Source: Craspedostauros australis (Eukaryota). From it: a stretch of 20,000 bases of DNA. This document shows positions 8,405 through 17,266 of the stretch, in pieces (position 1 is the first letter of the stretch; each line of letters begins with the position of its first letter). The stretch is from positions 49,625 through 69,624 of the forward strand of contig JALAGF010005467.1 in the NCBI GenBank assembly GCA_030167865.1. Reading direction: 5' to 3'. The notes under the pieces were generated by a model. The model was not told the DNA's origin. It searched no databases and saw only the letters and a list, made by a program, of their open reading frames with translations. Made by a program: the position numbers and the translations under genes.

Positions 8405-9430
8405 TTAAAGCTCGCGTGGTGGTGGCAAATCGACCTCCTCGAGCCATGTTTGAAGAGCAGCCTCGACCTTTGGGAATGCATCGGATGCAACCGCGCCTCC
8501 CTTCTTCTTCAGTAGCTTTTGGTAGGCATCCACTTCGACCACGAATGCTTTCCATTTCTGATGAACGTTATGGTGAGTTGATGACGAAGAGCAACGAGTT
8601 TAGTTGAGTGCGACAAGCAAGCAGAGTGTTGGTGAGGAAATGTTTGTCATGTATTGCAGTGATGACGGCGTGCGAAGATCGTGCATCTTCAGCACTCGCT
8701 GGTGTGTAAACAGGGTGGGCACACACTTCCACATTGCACCATACTCTTGCACTCCCATTTGGAACCAACGCCACCACGATCGTAACGATAGAAACGCACA
8801 ACAAGACTAAAGAAACACGCATTGAGCCAATCCGTGTTGTCCTGCACTTCTCTCCGAAGCAAATTCGCCATTCACTCTGCACACGAATAACGAATAACGA
8901 ACAACCAACTATTGCACTCCGCTCACCTTGACGGCCGGCAAGGAATCCGGCGCAGTCGTGGAATTGCGTCGGAAGGCATTGGACAGCAAGTATCCTGCCG
9001 TCGTGATGTCCTTCCATGTTCCAGTTTCGTCACCGCTGAAGTAGGCCTTGGCAGGACCGGAATCGCCGCCTTCAAGTGCGGTCTGCGCGACGATCAAGGC
9101 CTGGATGGATTTGGTGACGCGCTCGTTGTATCGTTGCTTGGCAGACAGCAGGTAGGCTCCGCCGGCCGTGGCACCACCGGAAGCCGATGCGACAGGGGCG
9201 TCCGAGAGCAGTGTCGTTGATGTGGCGGTGGCAATGGCCGATGCCAAGAACGCATTCTTCAAGAATTGACGTCGGTTTGGTGCGTCTTCCGCGCCATCAT
9301 GGCTGTTGGAGGTAACAGCTACACTCACTCTCTGCGATCGTTGCGCTGTGCTGAGTGGCTGGGGCGCGAAGGCGCTCGTTTGGCTTAGAACGCAAGCGAG
9401 CGCGAGAAGAGTGATGGCAGCGAGATTCAT
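8405..9430 (-). CDS. Thylakoid-lumen protein with tripartite targeting, PsbQ-like helical mature part (218 aa; exons 9430-8927, 8557-8405)
   Basis: Signal peptide with a canonical TSA-FAP cleavage motif (MNLAAITLLALACVLSQTSAFAP), then a twin-arginine Tat signal (NRRQFLKNAFLASAIATA...PVASA). The phase-0 intron 8926-8558 (GTGAGC...ATCAG) joins ...DSLPAVK to KWKAFVVEVDAYQKLLKKKGGAVASDAFPKVEAALQTWLEEVDLPPPREL* (TAA 8407-8405). The PsbQ-like fold is an inference from the amphipathic helices. Confidence 0.85.
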
Positions 9431-10270
9431 GATGTCGTTCGTCTTGCAGCGTTGAATGGGAAGAAGGTGTATGCAGTGGTCGGTGGTTGACAGACTTCCT
9501 GTTGGCATCACAAATTGTGCTGATGTTGTGTGGTTGGTAGGAATAGATCGTAGCTCGTGGGGTAGGTGCGATGTGATGTTTCCTCCAGTAGTCGTATGCG
9601 AATAGACGGCGGCACAGATCGTGGTGGTGGCAATGGCGTTGATGTCAGCTGATGGGGGTTTGGGTTGTTGACGTTGATCGTATCTTTGTTGACACCAGCC
9701 AAGATACCAACAGCAACATCGGAATGACTCAGCGGACCGCGAATCTTGATTTGGATGAGAAGTATTCTCGTGCGTGATCCCATACTCGTAGACTGATGTT
9801 TGGAGCAAGAGGCCAGAGAGTTGAGTTGGGCAGACAGCCAAGGCATCTCTACCAAGAGCCTACGCTGGGGATGGCTAGCCTCCGCCCCAGAGCCAACTCT
9901 TACGTCTCCCTATTTCTACTGCAGCAGCGAAACAATATCTCCGCCGTCGCCGGCGCCCCATAACTTATATGGTATGCTCCAACGTGTTGCTGAGGACCCC
10001 ATGCTGTCGCCAACTGGTCTTGCTCTTGTTGGTATGGTACCTAATTTTAAATCTACATCGGCGCCATTCGTCCCATGTGCCAATCGCTTCTCTTCACCTC
10101 ACCCTCTTGAAGGTCCGAGGTCAAGCCAGTCCATTCCAGTCCAATTCAATTCCATCCAACTGGCTCCAACCAAGATGCTATCGCAATTTGAGCGCACGTG
10201 TATGCAACACCAATTCGCCACTAAAAATCGGACGAGTGCACGAATGCGCGATATCCCCCTCCCCTTTCAG

Positions 10271-11170
10271 TTAATGGCTTGATGCAAACTTGGATGCGAA
10301 ATGCTCCTCGAATGCAGTCAAGGCCTTGCCCAAATCGCGATCCAACACCTTCTGGATGGATGCCCCTCCGCTCTCCTCCGCCTTCTCTTTGTTGGTTGGA
10401 AGGATGCGCAGCAGGAAGGCGGGGAAATTGATGCTGACAACGAGCTCGACGTCACTTTCAAATCGAATCTTGTCATCTTCGATGATGGGTTGGAATCTGT
10501 TCAACGACATCGTCTTGGTTTGTCCTTCTCCTTCGTCATCGGCGTCGGCGTCCGCGCTTTGCTTGTTGGCACCCGAGAGCTTGTTGTAAACCCACACGAC
10601 GGGCGGCAATCCGGAGACGGAGGACTCATCATTGATCATGGTGAACTCGTAGCTGACCAATCCGTTGTCCGCATTCGGGATGATCTTGGCGCCAATGTTG
10701 GCGGTCGATTTGAGGTGCAATCCGGGAAAGTCGACACCGCTCGTCGTGACATTGTAGATAACGTCGGCGTCGGTGGGAGCGGTGGCACCCGACTCTTCAC
10801 ATTCGGACTGCCACATCTTGAGGAGATCGTCGCTTGTGGGTTGCGGATAGATGGGCAGATCCTTGCCACCGGAGAGAAGCAGCTGGATGGTATCGTCGTC
10901 GTCGAGGAATTCCTGGATCTGCTCCATCTTGATGGATTCCAGCGGGAATTCCTTCGATGTGATCTGGGTCTTGCCCTGCAGCTTGAGGGTGGCCGTCTTG
11001 GACTTCGTCGCTGTGACCGTCGACGCGTCTGTAGCGGTCTCAGCCTGCGACGAGTGGATGGTCAAGGCGCCAGGCAACATCGTCCTTTGTTGCAATGCGG
11101 GCACCGAACCCACTTGGAACGACGCTGCCATCGTCATTGCCGACATAGCGATCAGCACTTTGGTTTTCAT
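10271..11170 (-). CDS. Probable plastid-targeted uncharacterised protein, C-terminus resembling DUF1997 family (299 aa, single exon; alternative start at 11194)
   Basis: Long ORF with coding-like composition. The N-terminus MKTKVLIAMSAMTMAAS-FQVG looks like a signal peptide with +1 Phe. The C-terminal FESDVELVVSINFPAFLLRILPTNKEKAEESGGASIQKVLDRDL resembles the DUF1997 pattern from memory; the family call is tentative. Confidence 0.75.
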   Translation of the reverse strand: MKTKVLIAMSAMTMAASFQVGSVPALQQRTMLPGALTIHSSQAETATDASTVTATKSKTATLKLQGKTQITSKEFPLESIKMEQIQEFLDDDDTIQLLLSGGKDLPIYPQPTSDDLLKMWQSECEESGATAPTDADVIYNVTTSGVDFPGLHLKSTANIGAKIIPNADNGLVSYEFTMINDESSVSGLPPVVWVYNKLSGANKQSADADADDEGEGQTKTMSLNRFQPIIEDDKIRFESDVELVVSINFPAFLLRILPTNKEKAEESGGASIQKVLDRDLGKALTAFEEHFASKFASSH

Positions 11171-11206
11171 GTTACGGGCGCAGTTGGGGCTCATGATGTT
11201 CTTGCA

Positions 11207-11242
11207 GTTGCTGTCTGTTGCTGTCTGTTGCTGTCTGTTGCT
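11207..11242. repeat. 10-bp tandem repeat (CTGTCTGTTG) x ~3.6 in the 5' region of the 10271-11170 gene
   Basis: gttg ctgtctgttg ctgtctgttg ctgtctgttg ct read directly. Confidence 0.9.
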
Positions 11243-11740
11243 ATTGGTTGGCAATGCCCGTTGAGGAATGCAGTTGTTTGGGTTGTGGAATTATGAGCAT
11301 CGCAGCCAGAACCTGGAGAAACCATGAGAACAGTGCACACGCGTTTGTTCGGAGAAGGTGTGGGGAGGAAGTGTTCACCACGATCTTCTCTCCTCGCGTC
11401 ATCGTCTGCATCTGTCACTTTCTTCACTTCGCCACAAGTTGTCCAAAGGGGATTGACGATTTGTGCATGCAGAATTAGTATCGTGATTGAAAGCATCTCA
11501 TGACTCGAACTGTTGGTCGTGAATTAGGCATGAATCGGAGAATCTTGTATTTTGATCAACCTTGGAGCTAGTCTTCCTGTCCAATCCTGGATCTCCCACC
11601 AACCAACAAAGAGAAACCGAAGTCAACAGCATTCGACATCGCTCAACACCATCCCCATCCACATCGAAGAACACGCACGCGCTCATACTCATACTCATAC
11701 TCTTGCTCATACTGGTAATCACAGCACACAGCACAAAATC

Positions 11741-12655
11741 ATGGGAAAACAGAAACGAAACGGCAAACGATCGAACCACCGTGGTGGTGGCAGCAACAAG
11801 CAGCACGCCCGCCATGGCGGTGTCATGGACATCGCCGACGACGACGTGCGACGACGCAACAACGTCGGCGAACTGCAATGCACCGAGATCGACGCCGATC
11901 TGAATAATCCCCTGGAGGGCCTGAAGCTGCGCATGTGGGACTTTGCGCAGTGCGATCCCAAGCGATGCACGGGCGCGCGGTTGGCGCGACGCGGCGTCTT
12001 TCAGAGGATGCCGTTGAAGCAGCCGTTTCGCGGCATCGTGCTGAGTCCGGAAGGCAAGGTCGCCGTGAGTCCGTCCGATACGGAGATCCTGGAACGCAGC
12101 GGCATGTCTCTCATCGACTGTTCGTGGGCGCGGTTGCAGGAGATACCGTTCCGTCAGATGCAGGCGGGGCATCACCGGCTGCTGCCCTTCATGGTGGCGG
12201 CCAACAACGTCAATTACGGTCGGCCCGGCAAGCTCAGTTGCGCGGAGGCCGCGGCAGCGACGCTGTACATCTGTGGCAAGCAGGAGGCGGCGAGGGCACT
12301 GCTGGAGGAGTTTTCGTGGGGTGAGGAATTCTTCAAGCTCAATAGTCCGGTCCTGGATCTGTATGCATCGTGCGATGGTCCGGAGGATGTCGTGACGAAG
12401 CAGAATGAATGGCTGCAGGAGGCGCAACGGGAAACCAAGACGGTATCCACGGATCCCAACCATGGTGTGCCCGGTGAGCTACCTCCGACGGATGATGATC
12501 TCGATAACGGTGGCGGATACGATGAATACGGAGAGTACGGCGAATACGTGGAATCAGAGGAGGAGATGGAGCTGGACAAGTTTGGCAACTTCGTTGTCAA
12601 GTCAAAAGCGGAACCCACCGATGCAGAAGAAGACGCAGCTAACGGAGAGCAGTAG
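11741..12655 (+). CDS. TSR3: 18S rRNA aminocarboxypropyltransferase Tsr3 (304 aa, single exon)
   Basis: Hallmark motifs MWDFAQCDPKRCTGARL, LIDCSWARL, RLLPFMVAANNVNYGRPGKLSCAEAAAATLYI and FSWGEEFFKLN, with a basic N-terminus (MGKQKRNGKR) and an acidic C-terminal tail. The first in-frame ATG is at 11741. Confidence 0.95.
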   Translation: MGKQKRNGKRSNHRGGGSNKQHARHGGVMDIADDDVRRRNNVGELQCTEIDADLNNPLEGLKLRMWDFAQCDPKRCTGARLARRGVFQRMPLKQPFRGIVLSPEGKVAVSPSDTEILERSGMSLIDCSWARLQEIPFRQMQAGHHRLLPFMVAANNVNYGRPGKLSCAEAAAATLYICGKQEAARALLEEFSWGEEFFKLNSPVLDLYASCDGPEDVVTKQNEWLQEAQRETKTVSTDPNHGVPGELPPTDDDLDNGGGYDEYGEYGEYVESEEEMELDKFGNFVVKSKAEPTDAEEDAANGEQ

Positions 12656-13241
12656 AGTACTTGTACTCTCGAGTGGAATGCTCATACATACATAGCGGCG
12701 CCTTCCTTTCTCTCCGCTCAAACATGATCCGAGTGTGCTGCTGCAAATCTTGTATTAATCAATTTATTGAAATCGAGTATATACTCGTGGAGCGGTAGAA
12801 TAACTGTCGATTCTGCTCGTTGAAATCGTTCTGCATCCACACTGTTGCAGAGTTAGTGAGACTTTGTTCTCGCTTGTTGTTTTTTCCGTTCTGTCTGTGT
12901 CGCAGAAAGTCGGCCACAGATGTAGCTCGCCCCCCATACTTGTAAATGTATAACTCGTACGTCGGTATGAGTGCTGTATTGTATTGCGTTGTATTGCGTT
13001 TCTCTGTGGTGCTTGTATCAGTCTGCCTGTCATGTGATTGTAAATATGGTATGGTATGGCATGGTGCTGTTTGGCATTTTGTGTTTGCATATCATGGATA
13101 TCATGAATGAATGGATTGGATGGACGAATGATGAATGGGATTGGTCGTCAATGACACTTCACCCTTGTGTGCGTGCACGTGCGCTTGTCCATCACTCCTC
13201 GTCGCCAGTGTTGCTGGCTATTGCAGCGTGCTTTGCGACGC

Positions 13242-15580
13242 TTATGCCTTCTGCTTCTTGCTCGGTGGCTCCTCCGTGACCTTTGTGTCGGCCTCGAACT
13301 CTGCGTCGTAGGCGGAGTCGTGGACGCCAGCGGCACGTCCACTGGGGTCGGCACGCGAGGCGAAGCTCTTGTCCCAGTTCATGGCACGCTCGGTGGAGCA
13401 GGCGATGGTCTTTCCACCTGGCACGGTCTTTTCGGCGGCGTCGCCTGGGAAGAGATCCTCGAAGATCATGCGGTAGCGGTAACCTTCCTTGGTGGTTGGG
13501 GTGTTGTGTGGGAATCTGTTCTGGGCGCTGGCGAACATCTGATCGGAGATCTCCTTCTCGGCGATGTCTCTCAAATGGTCAACCCATCCGTATCCGACAC
13601 CTGTTCATTGCATTTGCATTGCATCGTTGTGCATGATGTTGGATCAAATAGAGCAAAAAAAGAGGCAGGAGAGTGATAACGAAATGTGTGAGATGTTTTT
13701 TTCATTCTGTGCGCGCTTGTGCACAATTACAATGACGACACATCAAACAACCGCAACGACGACGGTCCAGATAAAATCCTCGCCAATGCAGCAATGCGAA
13801 ACGCAAATGCGGTGACAACGTACCGTCACTGAACTGTTCCTTCTGTCTCCACAAGATATCGTTTGGAAGGTATGGATCGTCTGGGGTGTCGAATGCCTTA
13901 CGGACGGCCCACTTCTCGATCTTGGTGTCCTCCTTGGAGATGGTTGGTCCCTTGTGGATCATCTTCTCGTCTGGGTCGAGGTTCATGGCCACCTGGAGGA
14001 AGTCGGCATCGAGGAATGGAACACGTGGTTCGACACCCCAGGCGCTCATTGCCTTGTTGCAGCGCAAGCAATCGTACATGTGAAGACGGCTGAGCTTGTC
14101 GACGGTCTCGTCGAAGAGCTCCTGACCGTTGGGGGCCTTGTGGAAGTAGAGGTATCCTCCGAAGATCTCGTCGGCACCTTCTCCGCTGAGAACCATCTTG
14201 ATTCCCATGGCCTTGATCTTACGGGCCATGAGATACATGGGCGTGGAGGCACGGATGGTGGTGAGATCGTAGGTCTCGACGGAGCGGATGACATCGCGGA
14301 TGGCGTCGGCACCTTCCTCAAGGGTGTAGGTGTAGGCGTGGTGGATGGTTCCGAGCTTGTCGGCGACGCGCTTGGCGGCTTTGAGATCTGGGGATCCCTC
14401 AAGACCGACGGTGAAGGAATGGAGCTTTGGAAAGCTGGCGGAGCGACGGCTGATATGACGTGCGCAGATGGAGGCGACGAGGGAGGAGTCGAGTCCACCG
14501 GACAGAAGGACACCCCACGGGACGTCGGACATCATGCGGCGCGTGACGGCGCGCTCGAATGCGTGGCGGAGGGTATCCTGTAACGTTTGGATGTCAAGCA
14601 TGCATGTACGAGCATGGATGTATGAGTGTGGTTGTGCAAGGAGCAGAGTAGATGAATTTCGATGCAAATACGTGAGTGGATGTTTCACAAGTGGGTGGGT
14701 GGGAGACCGCATGAAAAATGATGCCGACCCGAGGCACGCTCGTGATCAGACCAGCGCGGTGGACACCCAAAATCCGAAAAAGACGCTGTCACAACAGGTT
14801 GGAGAAGTGGTCGCAGTGCATGATGCGCTGTGATGCACTGTGATGACATGTGATGACATGTGTGTATGTGCATGTGCATGTGCTTGATGTATCACTTACG
14901 GAAGAGTACTTCTCCTTTGGCATTGGACCACCTGGCTTCATGTCTGGGGCCCAGTTGGGCTTGTACCAGCGGATGAACTTGCCGGCATTCTCACCCTTGC
15001 TCACGTAGATGTGTCCAGGTGGGAAGTTCTGGAACCTGGAGCAGCGGGAGACGAGACTCTTCATCTCGGAGGCGACGTAGACGGAACCGTCGTTACCCCA
15101 TCCGATGTAGAGCGGCGTGATTCCCATGTGGTCGCGGGCCACGAGGTAGGTGTCGACCTTGCGATCGTAGAGGATGAAGCTGAACATTCCGCGCAGCTGG
15201 TTGACGAGGTTGACGGTGGCACCGTGCTCTGCGTACAGCGGGAGGATGCACTCGCAGTCGGAGCCGGTCATTGGGGTGTATTTGGTTTTGAGGGAGTCGT
15301 AGAGCTCCTTGTAGTTGTAGATCTCACCGTTGGCGGCGACGATCACGCTGCCGCCGCGCGACACGAGAGGCTGGGATCCGGATTCTGGATCCATGATGGC
15401 CAGACGCTCGTGTGCGATTCCGTGGGGGAGCGGGACGTCCTTGGACTCGTCAGCCTCGATGACCTTGTAGCCGGACCAATCCGGTCCACGGTGGCGGAGC
15501 TTGCAGGAGCAGTCGATGAGCTCCTTGCGGAGCTCCACCTCTGGGAGGCTGGAGGAGAAGATGGCGAAGATTCCGCACAT
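13242..15580 (-). CDS. ASNS: Asparagine synthetase, glutamine-hydrolysing (597 aa; exons 15580-14900, 14577-13824, 13600-13242)
   Basis: N-terminal MCGIF (Ntn-amidotransferase Cys2), [56 protein letters not shown] and [15 protein letters not shown]. Introns are 14899-14578 (GTAAGT...TTACAG, phase 0) and 13823-13601 (GTACGT...GAACAG, phase 1). The spliced length of 1794 nt keeps frame to the TAA at 13244-13242. Confidence 0.97.
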
Positions 15581-17070
15581 GGTGGTCGTCTGTCGTTTGG
15601 TTCTTGGGTTTGATTTGGATTTGGTCCAGGTGACTGGTTTGGAGTCGGCTTGTCTGATCGAAGGCTGATCGATTGACGAGAGACGGATTTTATGAGCAGG
15701 CTGCTTTGGGAGACGAAGATGCCAACCCTGTTGTTGTTTGATTGTTGTGACGTGCGTCGTTTGGCTTTTGGATTCGATCGTCAGGGGTGGGTGCTGTGAA
15801 AGGTGCGGTTGTGGGTACAGTTGAACTGGAGATCCGACTTGTGGTATCACGAAGATCATGCAGAAAGACACGCACAGGCGGAGCAGAAATAGCCGAAGGC
15901 ACGGAAAAAGGGCCAGAAACGAGACAACAGAACAATGGTGTTGGTGAGTTGCGTGACACCATTGATACCTCGTGCGTCGAGATCTCATCTTTGTGACCTG
16001 CACTGCCTGCTTTGGTGCCCGAACATTGTCGATGTCTTTGGCCTCCTCGACGAATCAGAAGCCTCGCACGATAGCTGAGTGGAAGCCCAGGATGGGTTAT
16101 GGGCCCAATGCTCACTCAGGCCGAATCCGGTCAAGAGTTCTGCATTTCTCGTTCACGTGTGCATCCTCGTGGGCGCACTGTGCAAGTGGTGAGAAAACAC
16201 TGTTCGACAAGTACGTGTTTGGACCAAACGAACAATTGGACAACGACGGAGGTCATTCCGACATCATCCGGCAAATGAGAATGCGTGGCCACATCATCAC
16301 ACAAGCAAGTGCAGGAAGAGAGGAAGATTGGGGTGATCGTGTATTTGCAATCAACTTGAGCACGGATCCAAAGAGAGAGAAAATGCAAAGATCAAAGTGC
16401 CAACCACAATAAGTATCACCACCCTTGTCTTCGTCTTCGTCTTCGTCTTCATCTTTTCATCTTCATCCAGACATGCGAACGTGCTAACGTGCACACATGT
16501 GACAACGACGAACCGGGCCAAAGTGCTGGTAGAGAACGTGTCATGGAGACTCTCATCTCTCATCTTTTCCTACCAATGGCTTCATCTGCATCTTCTTTTG
16601 GATGTATTTGCATGTGGGGTGCTGTTTGGAGAACTGATGCGGAACTGCCAGACAATCGTCCTCATCAATCATCCAGCTTGTTGGTCGGCACGTCACCTCT
16701 GGTACTCCCACGCCCCATGATCATGCCCATGTTTCTGCTGAACTTGCAATGCAGTTTGTGGGCCTCCAACAATGGCGCAACCTGCGTTTGCTGTCGACGT
16801 CCTCGATTGTGACCCAGCTCGCCGATGCTCATGGGAATGGAGGGGGATTGCGGGCGTCGCAACGTGTCTCCTCGTACAAACTCGCAACTCCATGGATAGT
16901 ACATGTATGCACTCGTGTACCATAGAACAAGATCCACACCTGTCCCTCGGTCGATTGGGAAAGGATTCGCCATGGCGTATTGGCACTGCATACTCGAAAC
17001 GAGTGTTATATGTATTTGCATCACAGGGGTGGCGCATGTGTGAGTGAGAGACTACTCTACTGGGCACTAC

Positions 17071-17100
17071 TCTCTCTCTCTCTCCGCAGAGAGAGAGAGA
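17071..17100. repeat. Perfect (TC)n/(AG)n inverted repeat: 13-bp stem, 4-nt loop
   Basis: TCTCTCTCTCTCT-CCGC-AGAGAGAGAGAGA read directly, 167 nt downstream of the HST stop codon. Confidence 0.9.
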
Positions 17101-17266
17101 TGTATAGCATTCTGCTCCACTTCACTGTATCATTCCATGCTATCGTACTACGAGTGCTCACTCTTCTGGTTGACGAATGAAAGACTACAGGCTTAACAGG
17201 TATGAGCATGAGTGGTATTCTACTATTCTTCTGCATGACTATCCCTTTGTCTCTCTCACTCTATCT

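Noticed and set aside
9431..10282. Upstream extension of the 310-aa ORF and the 160-aa plus ORF 9800-10282
   Set aside because: Non-coding-like composition. The signal peptide defines the start at 9430, and the region is best explained as UTR/promoter.
10301..12463. Long antisense ORFs 10301-11296 (+) and 11498-12463 (-)
   Set aside because: Mirror frames of the DUF1997-like gene and TSR3.
12654..12669. Inverted repeat AGAGTAC-TT-GTACTCT at the TSR3 stop as a terminator
   Set aside because: Short stem with a 2-nt loop and no U-tract; bacterial-type terminators are irrelevant for a Pol II gene.
15581..16003. N-terminal extension of asparagine synthetase in the 404-aa ORF
   Set aside because: Class-II glutamine amidotransferases require Cys at position 2 (MCGI), which fixes the start at 15580.
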